A DNA stretch of 34,701 nucleotides from a virus (taxonomy: Duplodnaviria > Caudoviricetes): IMG/VR virus record IMGVR_UViG_3300037423_001014, positions 1-34,701 of that record. One strand, given 5' to 3'. A model generated the notes under the pieces. The model was not told where the DNA came from. It searched no databases and was given only the letters and a program-made list of their open reading frames with translations. Shown here in pieces: positions 8,627 through 18,006 of the stretch (the first letter of the stretch is position 1; the number at the start of each line of letters is the position of its first letter). The translations under genes were made by a program, and so were the position numbers.

Positions 8627-9421
8627 ATGGCCGCTGTGGACCTCGGCGCGGCCGTAACGGTCACATGGCCGGGCACGCAGACCGGGACCGTCACAGCGGC
8701 CGTCACGCAGCCGGACGGGACCGCTTTCGGCGGGACCGTCACCGTCTCGGGCAATCAGGCGACCTTCACCCCGACGATGGCGGGCAGGCACCTCGTCCGG
8801 TTCGCCGCGACGGGAGGCGCGTACCAGGACGTCGCCGACGTCTGGCCCACCGATGCCCGGGCGATCATCAGCCTGCAGGACGCCAAGGACGCTCTCGGGT
8901 GGCCCTCGCAGGGCTACAACGCCGCGAACGAGTCCGACCTGAGGCTCTACGTCGTGTCTGCGACGCCGGTCATCGAGGACATCGTCGGCCCGGTGGTCTA
9001 CGGCCAGCACGTCTTCAAGGGCGACGGCGGCAAGCCCGGCGTCGTCCTCCCGGGGGCGGTACAGAGCATCGTCTCGGTCACGGAGAACGGCTACCCGGTG
9101 CCGTCCGGCTACTACGTGTGGGATGAGACCTCGAACACGCTGACGGCGGGCACGAACTGGGCGCCGAGGCGCTTCATGCCGAGCGTCCGCGGCGTCGTCG
9201 TCACCTACATGGGCGGCTATCAGGTGATCCCGGCAAACCTCATCCTGGCCACGCGCGAGCTCGTGCGGCACCAGTGGCAGATCGGCAAGCAGGGCACGCG
9301 CCCGACGAACGGGAACCTCCCGCAGACGGTCGAGGTGTTCACGCCCTCCGGATTCGCCGTCCCGCGCCGCGTCATCGAGCTCTGCGGCGCCAGCTCGCGC
9401 ATCACGGGAGGCTTCGCGTGA
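8627..9421 (+). CDS. Head-to-tail adaptor with N-terminal Ig-like extension
   Basis: IISLQDAKDAL...DLRLYV.SAT..IE..VGPV and IPANLILATRELVRH.W are adaptor-like motifs; synteny. Confidence 0.85.
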   Translation: MAAVDLGAAVTVTWPGTQTGTVTAAVTQPDGTAFGGTVTVSGNQATFTPTMAGRHLVRFAATGGAYQDVADVWPTDARAIISLQDAKDALGWPSQGYNAANESDLRLYVVSATPVIEDIVGPVVYGQHVFKGDGGKPGVVLPGAVQSIVSVTENGYPVPSGYYVWDETSNTLTAGTNWAPRRFMPSVRGVVVTYMGGYQVIPANLILATRELVRHQWQIGKQGTRPTNGNLPQTVEVFTPSGFAVPRRVIELCGASSRITGGFA

Positions 9422-9930
9422 CGTACCCCACCGCGACGGCCGCGGACGAGTTCAAGCTGAACTTCTTCACCGGCGTCCAGCAGTCATTCGCGGCCTCGGC
9501 GGACTTCTCCGAGGTTGCGGTCACGTACGGCCAGCCCGGGAACTTCGCGATGAGCTCGAACGACATCGTCGCGTTCCGCGGCGTGCAGTCGAGCCACGTC
9601 GACGCGACGATCGGCCCGCAGCGCTCCCGCCACGAGACCCTGACGCTCGAGGTCGTCATCTCGTGCTGGCGCGGCGGCGCGGAGGAGATGGAGCTGGTCT
9701 GCGCTCAGCGGGCCTACAAGATCCTCCGGGCGATCGAGTACTACGCCCGCGTCACGAACACGACGCTCAGCGATGCCGCCGGGAACCCGGCCGTGTTGTG
9801 GTGCTTCCTCGAGCAGCACCAGTCAGACGGCGCGACCGACCCCCAGATGCTCGAGCAGGGCCGCGTCATCGAGATAACCGCCACTTTCAAGGCGGAAGCC
9901 CGGGTCACCGGGACCTCGGCACCCCAGTAA
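9418..9930 (+). CDS. Head-tail joining / tail terminator-like protein
   Basis: GTGA overlap, GGAGG RBS; position before tail tube. Confidence 0.65.
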   Translation: MTYPTATAADEFKLNFFTGVQQSFAASADFSEVAVTYGQPGNFAMSSNDIVAFRGVQSSHVDATIGPQRSRHETLTLEVVISCWRGGAEEMELVCAQRAYKILRAIEYYARVTNTTLSDAAGNPAVLWCFLEQHQSDGATDPQMLEQGRVIEITATFKAEARVTGTSAPQ

Positions 9931-9961
9931 AAGAACTGGCACATCGAATTAGGAGGGCCCT

Positions 9962-10291
9962 GTGGGGCGCATCAACATCAAGAATGTCTCCCCGTTCGGG
10001 GAGCTCGACGTCCCGCTCCTGCGCCGCATCGTCGAGCGCGACGAGGTACTCGAGGTCGACGAGGAGCACGCGCGGCTCCTCCTTGTCCAGCCGTTCCACT
10101 ACGCGCCCGCCGACGCTGACGCGCAGGCCTTCCTGAAGGCACTCACGTCCCCGGAGCCGGATGAAGAGGAAGAGCCCGAGGTGGAGGCCGCACCCGCGCC
10201 TCCGGCAGAGCAGACGGCCCACGAGGGCCACGAATGGGAGACGGACGGCGGAGCGCCGGCGTCCGACGAGAACGGGGAGGCTGACAAGTGA
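9962..10291 (+). CDS. Hypothetical virion-region protein with acidic C-terminus
   Basis: AGGAGG RBS; overlaps tail tube start. Confidence 0.7.
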   Translation: MGRINIKNVSPFGELDVPLLRRIVERDEVLEVDEEHARLLLVQPFHYAPADADAQAFLKALTSPEPDEEEEPEVEAAPAPPAEQTAHEGHEWETDGGAPASDENGEADK

Positions 10292-11307
10292 CCACACAGC
10301 TCGACGCAAGCATTGGCCTCGTCAAGGAGGCCACCTACGGGACGGTCACCACGCCGACCCACTTCCCTGAGTTCCTCACAGAGTCGCTCGAGTACAAGTT
10401 CGACATCAAGCAGGGTCAGGGCTTCCGCACAGGCTCCCGCGTCCCTCGCCTTGAGCGCCGCGTCATCGGCACCCAGTGGGCCGAGGGCGACATCGAGCTC
10501 GAGGTCGCGGCGAAGGGCTGCGGGATCTTCTTCGAGGCACTCCTCGGCGCCTCGGCCTCGTCCGCACTCACCGCGCCTGCCTACCAGCAGAACTTCACGA
10601 TCGCGGGCACGGACCCCGTGCCTTCGTACACCATCCAGAAGGGCATCCCTCTGCTCGGCGGCGGAGCGGCACAGCCGCACACCTTCGCGGGCGCGGTGTG
10701 CACGAAGGGCGAGCTGACCTCGGCTCAGGGCGAGGTCGTGAAGCTCAAGACGTCCTGGAATGCCAAGCAGGTCGACACCACGACCGCCTACACGGCCCCG
10801 AGCTTCGCGGCGAACAACGAGGTGTTCTACTTCTCCGAGGGCGCGATCACGGTCGGCGGCTCGGTCACCGCGCCGACGTCGACGACGCTCGCCACGGGCG
10901 GGACGTCGGTGGCTGACATTACGGACTTCTCGCTCTCGATCGACAACAAGCTCGACACGAAGGGTTTCACGTACGGCGGCGGGGGCAAGCAGTCCCGGCG
11001 CCCGGTCCTCGGGCTGGCGAACATCGGCGGGAAGATGACCGCGGAGTTCGACTCCACCACGATGCGCGATGCGTACCTGAACCAGACCACCCTCGGCGTG
11101 GTCCTGACCTTCACCTCTGCGACGTCGATCGCCACGAGCATCTTCAACACGCTGCAGATCTACATCCCGGCGATCCGCACGAACGGCGACCTGCCGAACG
11201 CCACCCAGGGCGTGGTGAAGCAGTCGATCGATTTCGACGTCCTCGACAACGGCTCGGGTGCTTCGCCGGTCACCGTGATACTGCGCACGCTCGACACAGC
11301 GGTGTAG
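10288..11307 (+). CDS. Major tail (tube) protein
   Basis: GLVKEATYGT..TP..F.EF..ESL N-terminus, SYTIQKG; size and synteny. Confidence 0.9.
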   Translation: MTTQLDASIGLVKEATYGTVTTPTHFPEFLTESLEYKFDIKQGQGFRTGSRVPRLERRVIGTQWAEGDIELEVAAKGCGIFFEALLGASASSALTAPAYQQNFTIAGTDPVPSYTIQKGIPLLGGGAAQPHTFAGAVCTKGELTSAQGEVVKLKTSWNAKQVDTTTAYTAPSFAANNEVFYFSEGAITVGGSVTAPTSTTLATGGTSVADITDFSLSIDNKLDTKGFTYGGGGKQSRRPVLGLANIGGKMTAEFDSTTMRDAYLNQTTLGVVLTFTSATSIATSIFNTLQIYIPAIRTNGDLPNATQGVVKQSIDFDVLDNGSGASPVTVILRTLDTAV

Positions 11308-11846
11308 TGGCCGATTACAAGGTCGAGCCGTCGAGGGAGTCGATGGTTCGGCTCCTTGCGATGGCGAAGGCGGCTGGCCCGACTCTCAAGAAGAAGCTCG
11401 CGGAGGGCATCCGATTGGCAGCCGAGCCGGCCGCTCAGGCCGCGCGCGACAAGGTCTTGGGCGAGCTCCCGCCCAAGGCCGACCAGCGCGGCACACTCGC
11501 GCGGCTCGGCGGCCGCGCGCAGAGGCTCGGCGGGAACCGCAGCCACACCGGTCTGCGGCAGAACATCGCCCGCGGTGTGAGCGTCAGCATCAACTCCTCC
11601 GGCAACCGCGCCGGCGTCCGGATCTCGTCCTCGGCGCTGTTCCTCACCCCGTCGCAGAGGGCGCACGGGATGAACCGCGTGTACAACCTCGAAACCTTCC
11701 GGCATCCCGTCTTCGGGAAGCGGAACACGGCCGCCCAGCATGGCATCCGCTGGTTCTACGGCCCGATTGAATCCAAGAAGAACGCGATCACGGACGCTGT
11801 CGTGCGGGCCATGCAGGACACGGCTGATGAATTGAGCAAACTGTGA
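11307..11846 (+). CDS. Basic neck/tail-completion protein (HK97 gp10-like)
   Basis: GLRQNIARGV, FRHPVFG, WFYGP motifs; synteny. Confidence 0.7.
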   Translation: MADYKVEPSRESMVRLLAMAKAAGPTLKKKLAEGIRLAAEPAAQAARDKVLGELPPKADQRGTLARLGGRAQRLGGNRSHTGLRQNIARGVSVSINSSGNRAGVRISSSALFLTPSQRAHGMNRVYNLETFRHPVFGKRNTAAQHGIRWFYGPIESKKNAITDAVVRAMQDTADELSKL

Positions 11847-12244
11847 AACTCGAAGTCGACGGCAAGCAGTACGACCTCGAAGCGGGCATGGCCCGCGCCG
11901 ACCTCTACACCCTCTTCGAGCTCAAGTCCAAGTACGGCATCGGCATGCAGTCCATGCTCAAGGCCGCCGAGCGGATGAAGGGCCTGGACCCGATGGCGAT
12001 GCTCGAGGACGTCGAGCTGTTCCAGACGTTCCTCGCGATGATCTGGCTTGCCCGCCGGCACGCGGGCGAGCGGCTCACGCTCGAGGAGTCCACGAGCATC
12101 CCGCTCACCGAGCTCAGGGTCGTGGATGAGGAAGGTGCTGAGGTCGCGGACCCTCCCCAAGCCCTGACGGGTTCCGCTCAGGGCGCCGCGCCGCGTCGCG
12201 CATCGACATCAAGAGGCACGTCGAAGACGTCCAAGAGTCGATAG
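11843..12244 (+). CDS. Tail assembly chaperone (short form)
   Basis: Between tail tube and tape measure; low-complexity basic tail after ADP, typical of the region past a frameshift site. Confidence 0.85.
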   Translation: MKLEVDGKQYDLEAGMARADLYTLFELKSKYGIGMQSMLKAAERMKGLDPMAMLEDVELFQTFLAMIWLARRHAGERLTLEESTSIPLTELRVVDEEGAEVADPPQALTGSAQGAAPRRASTSRGTSKTSKSR

Positions 12245-12384
12245 ACGACAACCTCGTCCTCATCTCCCACCACTTCCCGGGCGTGAACCACATCAACGTC
12301 TGGCAGATGCAGTACGTCCACTGGCTCATGTACCTCGACGCTGCCAAGGCGATCCGGGACGAGCCCGCGAAGTTCCCCTGGTGA
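12142..12384 (+). CDS. Tail assembly chaperone -1 frameshift extension
   Basis: -1 frame open from 12142 to TGA 12382-12384 (…IDDNLVLISHHFPGVNHINVWQMQYVHWLMYLDAAKAIRDEPAKFPW), ending 13 nt before the TMP start. Confidence 0.75.
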   Translation, partial: GRGPSPSPDGFRSGRRAASRIDIKRHVEDVQESIDDNLVLISHHFPGVNHINVWQMQYVHWLMYLDAAKAIRDEPAKFPW

Positions 12385-12397
12385 GGTGAGGTGACCC

Positions 12398-15300
12398 GTG
12401 TCTGACGCATCGCTCCTGTTCAACATCTTCGGCCGCGACGAGGGCGTATCCAAGGCCTTCGACGGGATCTCTGCCAAGGCCGCGGAGATGGACGCAAAGA
12501 CCCGTGCAGCCTCGGCCGGGATGAATACGAGCATGTCCTCGGTCGAGGCGGCCACGAAGAAGGTCGCCTCCCAGCGCGACGTGCTCGAGGTAGCCACCCG
12601 GCGCGTCGCGCTCGCCGAGCAGGCGCTCGCCGAGGTGAATAAGAACGCCGAGGCGACGTCCAAGCAGAAGCTCGCGGCGGAGAACGCGGTCCTCAGCGCG
12701 AGGCAGGCGGCGGTCCGGGCCGAGGACGCCCTCGCCCGGGCCGTCGCCGACGCCTCGCGCCTGACCGAGGAGGGCTCGAAGAAGGTCGAGAAGTCCGCCA
12801 AGGACGCAGCGGACGGCGTGAGTATCTCGGCCAGGGACATCACGAACAGCTTCAACACGATCAACACGATCGTGGGCGGTGTGCAGCCCTCCATCTCCGG
12901 CCACATGCTGAAGATGGCCGGCGGGGTCGGCCTGTTCAGCTCCGCCGCTGCCGCCCTCCCCGCAGTCGCGGGAGCCGGCATCGCGGCGGTCCCGCTGCTG
13001 TTCGCCGGGGCCGGGGCGATGATGGTTTCGACCGCCGTCGCCACGAACGCGCAGCTGAAGCAGACCTTCGCGGACGCGGGCAAGTCGATCCAGTCCACTA
13101 TGCTCGACGCCGCCGCGCCGATGGTGAACATGTTCGGCAGCATCGCCTCCGACGCGGCCGACTCCCTCAAGGGTATGGGTCCGGCCCTTCACGACGCGTT
13201 CTCGGCCGCCGCGCCCCTGGTCTCCACATTCGCGCAGGGCCTCCTCGGGCTCGTGCAGAACGTCTTGCCCGGTCTGAATACCGCCCTCAGTGTCGCGGAG
13301 GGGCCGATGAACGCGCTCGCGGGCGGTCTGGCGGGGATCGGCTCGGGGATAGGGCAGTTTTTCCAGCAGATCTCCGCTGGCGCGGCCGGCGGTGCGGCGA
13401 GTCTCGGGAGCCTGCTTGGCATGGTCTCGGGGCTGCTCGGCCCACTCGGGGCGTTCCTGGCGAACATTGCGGGCCCGGCCTCGCAGGCCATGGCCACGCT
13501 GGCGAAGTTCGTGGACAACCTCGTCGCTGCGCTGCTGGTGGGGCTGACCCCGGTCATTAACGCGCTCATGCCGGTGTTCGCGCAGCTGCTGAGCGCGCTG
13601 ATGCCACTGCTGCCGGTGATCGCACATCTCGTGCAGGCCTTCGCTCCGATCATCACGGACATCGGCGGCCAGCTCGTGCCGATCTTCCAACAGCTCGTGG
13701 GAATCTTCACGCAGCTCGTCCCTGCGGTGATCCCGCTCATCGACCCGTTACTGAACCTGATCTCCCCGATCGTGACGATGATCGGGCCACTGCTGCAGCT
13801 GGCATCCGCGATGGGCGCGGCTCTGCTGCCCGTGATCGCCCAGCTGATCCCGATTGCCCAGAACCTGCAGAACGTCCTGTCCGGGGGGCTTGGCGATGCA
13901 TTCCTGGCGTTGGGTCAAGGGCTTCTTCCGCTCGTGCAGCCGCTCAGCGAGATCGCTCAGATCCTTGGTCAGACACTGATCGCGGCGTTCCAGCAGCTCG
14001 GGAGCGCACTCTTCCCGCTCGTCGGTGTATTGACCGGCGGGCTGCTGGGCGCAGTTCAGGGCCTGCTCGCAGTCCTGCAGTGGCTACAGCCGGCACTGCC
14101 CCAGATCGCGATCGGAATTGCCGCGGTCGTCGCTGGTTTCAAGCTGTATCAGCTGACAGTGGAAGCAGTGCAGGCGGTCACCAAGGCGTGGGCGGTCGTC
14201 CAGGGCGTCCTCAACGTGGTGATGAGCGCGAACCCGATCATGCTCATCGTCCTGGCGATCGGAGCCCTTATCGCCGGGATCGTGTTGGCCTACAACAACA
14301 TCGGGTGGTTCAAGGACGGGGTCAACGCCGTATTCAAGTTCGTCGGCGAGGTGATCGGAAACGTCGTCACCTTCGTCTCGGGCGTCTTTGGTGGCTTCGT
14401 TGGGTTCGTCACCGACGCGTGGAACAACATCGTCAACGCGATCTCGACCGCTGTGAACTGGATCGGGAGCGTCATCTCGACCGGGTTCAACCTGTACGTG
14501 ACCGCGGTCCGGACGGCGCTCAACTGGATCGCGAACACGATCAGCACGGTGTTCAACGCGATCGTCTCGTTCGTCTCCTCGATCGTGATGGCGATCGTGA
14601 CCCCGATCGTGAACGCGTGGACGTGGGTCTCGAACCTTGTGAGGAACATCCTCATCGCGTTCTGGCAGACGCACGGTGCCCAGCTCACAGCGATCTGGAA
14701 CACCGTCGTGTCGATCTTCACGGGGATCTGGAACTTCATCGTCGCGGTCTGGAACACCATCGTGGGCGCTGTCATGGGGGCGGTCACGGCGGTCTGGAAT
14801 GTCGTCTCCTCGATCTTCACGGCGGTGTGGAACGTCATCGTCTCTGTCTGGAACGCCATCGTCGGGGCTGTGACGGCGGCGGTCACGGCGGTCTGGAACG
14901 TGATCTCGGCGATCTTCACGGCCGTCTGGGGCTTCATCTCCGGGGTCTGGAACGGGATCGTCGCCGCGATCTCCGGAGCGGTGAACTTCGTCTGGAGCGT
15001 CATCTCGGCCGGGTTCAACCAGGTCTGGGGCTTCGTGTCGAGCATCTTCGGGCAGATCGCTGGGTTCATCGGCGGCGTCTGGAACGGCATCGTCGACGGC
15101 GTCTCGAACATGATCGGCAACGTCGTCGGATTCTTCACCGGGCTCGGCGGCAAGATCATGGGCGCCCTGTCCGGGGCGGCGTCGTGGCTGTTCGACATCG
15201 GCAAGAACATCGTCCAGGGCCTGATGGACGGCATCGCCTCGCTCGCGGGAACGATCGGGAACTTCTTCCTTGGCCTCATCCCCGGCTGGATCGTCGGCCC

Positions 15301-15619
15301 GTTCAAAGCGGCACTCGGCATCGCCTCCCCGTCGAAGCTGTTCCACGGCTTCGGCGTGAACATCGGCGAGGGCCTCGTCAACGGCATCACATCGATGCAC
15401 GACGCGGTCGGCGGGGCCATGGACGGGCTGACGGGCAAGGTCGTGGACCCGTTCGGCGGCGGAGGCTTCTCGGCCTCGGCGAACCTCGCCGTCGCCGCGG
15501 CCGCGCCCGTGGTGCATGTCCACATCGGCAACGACCAGATCGAGCCGTACATGGTCGCCTACGCAGGCCAGGCCATCGACGCGGCCGACTGGAGAGCGGG
15601 AACGAGGATGTCGCGATGA
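12398..15619 (+). CDS. Tape measure protein
   Basis: 1073 aa, Ala/Gly-rich, ANPI motif, 11-residue W/F periodic repeats, LGIASPSK motif. Confidence 0.97.
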   Translation: MSDASLLFNIFGRDEGVSKAFDGISAKAAEMDAKTRAASAGMNTSMSSVEAATKKVASQRDVLEVATRRVALAEQALAEVNKNAEATSKQKLAAENAVLSARQAAVRAEDALARAVADASRLTEEGSKKVEKSAKDAADGVSISARDITNSFNTINTIVGGVQPSISGHMLKMAGGVGLFSSAAAALPAVAGAGIAAVPLLFAGAGAMMVSTAVATNAQLKQTFADAGKSIQSTMLDAAAPMVNMFGSIASDAADSLKGMGPALHDAFSAAAPLVSTFAQGLLGLVQNVLPGLNTALSVAEGPMNALAGGLAGIGSGIGQFFQQISAGAAGGAASLGSLLGMVSGLLGPLGAFLANIAGPASQAMATLAKFVDNLVAALLVGLTPVINALMPVFAQLLSALMPLLPVIAHLVQAFAPIITDIGGQLVPIFQQLVGIFTQLVPAVIPLIDPLLNLISPIVTMIGPLLQLASAMGAALLPVIAQLIPIAQNLQNVLSGGLGDAFLALGQGLLPLVQPLSEIAQILGQTLIAAFQQLGSALFPLVGVLTGGLLGAVQGLLAVLQWLQPALPQIAIGIAAVVAGFKLYQLTVEAVQAVTKAWAVVQGVLNVVMSANPIMLIVLAIGALIAGIVLAYNNIGWFKDGVNAVFKFVGEVIGNVVTFVSGVFGGFVGFVTDAWNNIVNAISTAVNWIGSVISTGFNLYVTAVRTALNWIANTISTVFNAIVSFVSSIVMAIVTPIVNAWTWVSNLVRNILIAFWQTHGAQLTAIWNTVVSIFTGIWNFIVAVWNTIVGAVMGAVTAVWNVVSSIFTAVWNVIVSVWNAIVGAVTAAVTAVWNVISAIFTAVWGFISGVWNGIVAAISGAVNFVWSVISAGFNQVWGFVSSIFGQIAGFIGGVWNGIVDGVSNMIGNVVGFFTGLGGKIMGALSGAASWLFDIGKNIVQGLMDGIASLAGTIGNFFLGLIPGWIVGPFKAALGIASPSKLFHGFGVNIGEGLVNGITSMHDAVGGAMDGLTGKVVDPFGGGGFSASANLAVAAAAPVVHVHIGNDQIEPYMVAYAGQAIDAADWRAGTRMSR

Positions 15620-17625
15620 CCGTCACTGTTCGCACGAACCGCGCCACGAACCCCGCGGCGGCCTCCACCACCGGATGGGCGGCCGTCGCGGGCACCGGCG
15701 GCACCGCGGCGCTCTCAAACCAGTCCAGCGGAGGCGCGTTCGGGTCGACGTTCAACAGGGTCGCGTGGACTGTGGCGACGACGGCGGTCTCGGGTGGTAT
15801 CTCGTACACGTGCACGGGCCTCTCGGCCTCCACCACGTACGCGATCCAGATCTGGGTTCGCTCGAGCGTCGCGCAGGCGGTGAACCTCAGCGTCGCGTTC
15901 CAGACCAACGTCCCGGCCACGGTGAACACCGTCACGAGCTCGAACGTCGCACTGACGGCCAACACGTGGACCCAGATCGGCATCGTTGGCACCTCCGGGG
16001 CCGGCGTCACTCAGGCGGTCATCACGGTCGCGGCGACCACGGGCGGCGTGAACTGGGCCAACGGCAACACCTTCGACGGCGACGCCGTCCTCGTCGAAGC
16101 GCCGCCGGTCGCGCGTACAAACATGTGCACGAACCCTTCGCTCGAGACGGACGCCACCGGCTGGTCCGTGACCTCTGGAAGCGTTGGAACCCTCGGCGGC
16201 GCGCTGAACACGTCCGGCGGATACGTCGGGAGCAACTTCTACCGCGCGACTGTGGGGACCGCCTACTCGTCAATGACAAATCCCGGCTGGGTAAATGCCC
16301 CCGTAGGAACGCTCACGGCAGGGCAGACGTACACCTTCTCGGCCTACGTCCGGGTGAGCGTTGCGCGACAGATCGCGTTCGACCTCGTCGTCACCACGCC
16401 TACACAGGTGGAGCAGTTCGGCACCTACGTCACGATCCCCGCCAACACCTGGACTCGGATCAGCGCCACGTGGACGATCCCCTCGTCCAACACTGGAGCG
16501 ACGCAGGTCAGAATTCGCCCGCTGAATGGCGATTCGAACCTGTGGGGTGCCGGCGAGACGCTCGACGTCGATGCAGTTCTAATCGAACAGGCCAGCACGC
16601 TAGGAGCCTACTTCGACGGTTCCACGACGGCCACGGCAACCACGCTCTACGGGTGGTCCGGAACCGCGCAGGAGTCGACGTCGCTTGCCCTGACGACCCC
16701 GTTCACATACTTCGACGGGACGTTCGTATCCGCCGCGGGCGTGGTCTACGCCTGGTCCTCGACGGCGAACGCGTCGACCTCGACGGCGACGCAGTATCAG
16801 CCGGTGATCAGCCTCGCGCAGGGGTCGACGCCGAGCCCGAATGTGGTCGTGACGTTCAGCGACCTCGATCCGGCGACCGACGTCGTGAACGTCTGGCGCA
16901 CGGTGGACGGCAAGCGGCGGCCGGTGCGCGGCGCTCGCAGGCGCTCGGTGGTCGGTTCCGATTTCGTGACCGACTATGAGGCGCCGCTGAACCGCTCGAT
17001 CTCGTACGACCTCGAGATCCTCTCGGGGGTCTGCGCGGGCGTGACTGTGACGACGGCGACGACGACGATCACGAGCTCGGTCTCCGGCTGGCTCTCGGAT
17101 CCGCTCGCGCCGTCCTCGGCGGTCCCGGTCTACGGGGACGTCGGGCCGAACGGGGAGCCCGGGCTGGACTTCGACGCATTCGGGCAGTTCGAGTACAAGT
17201 CCGAGGTGTCGGAGCTCATCGTGATGGGCACCGATGAGCCTGTCGCGCTGGTCGGGCAGCGGCAGGCCGCGAACGGGATCGACCTGAACGCGACGACGTT
17301 GGCCGGCACGCAGACGACGGCCCTCCGGTCCCTGATCAAGCAGGCCGGTGTGCTGCTGCTGCGTCCCGTCTCAGGGTGGGCGTCCGGCATCCCCGGGCTC
17401 TGCTACCTCGCGGCACCCTCGGTGCTCGAGCAGTCGGTGAACGAGAAGATGGGCGGCTCGATGGTCGCCTGGAAGATCAAGGGCGACATCGTCGCGCCGC
17501 CGGCGGCCAACGCGGCCGTCCCGACCACCACGTACGGGACGGTCTCGGGCAACTACGCCACCTATGCGGCCTTCGTGGCGGCGCACCCCGGCCAGCTCTA
17601 CCTCGACGTCATCAAATCGCCGTGA
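15616..17625 (+). CDS. Minor tail protein (Dit-like) with two tandem carbohydrate-binding-like domains
   Basis: ATGA overlap with TMP; duplicated RTN..TNP...VR.SVA...ANTWT.I...D.DAVL.E units; C-terminal DYEAP and WLSDPLAP motifs. Confidence 0.85.
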   Translation: MTVTVRTNRATNPAAASTTGWAAVAGTGGTAALSNQSSGGAFGSTFNRVAWTVATTAVSGGISYTCTGLSASTTYAIQIWVRSSVAQAVNLSVAFQTNVPATVNTVTSSNVALTANTWTQIGIVGTSGAGVTQAVITVAATTGGVNWANGNTFDGDAVLVEAPPVARTNMCTNPSLETDATGWSVTSGSVGTLGGALNTSGGYVGSNFYRATVGTAYSSMTNPGWVNAPVGTLTAGQTYTFSAYVRVSVARQIAFDLVVTTPTQVEQFGTYVTIPANTWTRISATWTIPSSNTGATQVRIRPLNGDSNLWGAGETLDVDAVLIEQASTLGAYFDGSTTATATTLYGWSGTAQESTSLALTTPFTYFDGTFVSAAGVVYAWSSTANASTSTATQYQPVISLAQGSTPSPNVVVTFSDLDPATDVVNVWRTVDGKRRPVRGARRRSVVGSDFVTDYEAPLNRSISYDLEILSGVCAGVTVTTATTTITSSVSGWLSDPLAPSSAVPVYGDVGPNGEPGLDFDAFGQFEYKSEVSELIVMGTDEPVALVGQRQAANGIDLNATTLAGTQTTALRSLIKQAGVLLLRPVSGWASGIPGLCYLAAPSVLEQSVNEKMGGSMVAWKIKGDIVAPPAANAAVPTTTYGTVSGNYATYAAFVAAHPGQLYLDVIKSP

Positions 17626-17993
17626 TCAAGCAACCCGTAGGAGGGGCATTGCCAGCGACCAAGGGAATCTTCGCGGGGACGGTCGTGTTCGGCTCGACCC
17701 CGACAACCTCGGCGGGAATCCCGGTTCCCGGAGACGCGGAGACGGTCGACATCATCCTCGACCTCACCGCCGTCACCGGGACCGCCCCGTCCCTCGTCCT
17801 CGAGGTGCAGTGGTCGATGGACGGCGGGACGTGGGCGAGCGCGGAACCGAAGGACGCCTTCGACCCGCTCGCCACAGCTCCCGCCACCGTCGCCAAGCAA
17901 TTCGACGTCAAGGGCCCGTACTTCCGGGTCTCGATCACAGTCAGCGGCGCCGACAACCCCTCGTTCACCGGAACCGCGAACGCCTACATCTGA
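17622..17993 (+). CDS. Minor tail protein, small beta-rich
   Basis: GTGA overlap; LDLTAVTGTAPSL...VQWSMDGGTW; start uncertain. Confidence 0.7.
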   Translation: MIKQPVGGALPATKGIFAGTVVFGSTPTTSAGIPVPGDAETVDIILDLTAVTGTAPSLVLEVQWSMDGGTWASAEPKDAFDPLATAPATVAKQFDVKGPYFRVSITVSGADNPSFTGTANAYI

Positions 17994-18006
17994 GAGGGGG
18001 CCACCG

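Noticed and set aside
14400-15150. Repeat array or CRISPR-like periodicity (recurring TCTGGAAC)
   Set aside because: Explained by 11-residue Trp repeats of the tape measure protein; no spacer-repeat structure and no cas genes
3137-15552. Long antisense ORFs (e.g. 3137-4915, 6842-8347, 14084-15523)
   Set aside because: Shadow frames of GC-rich coding genes with no motifs or RBS
14080-15615. Long N-terminal extensions in the ORF track (also 2242, 4602, 19723, 21295, 27576 starts)
   Set aside because: Arg-rich off-frame read-through of the upstream gene; true starts are marked by RBS and stop/start overlaps
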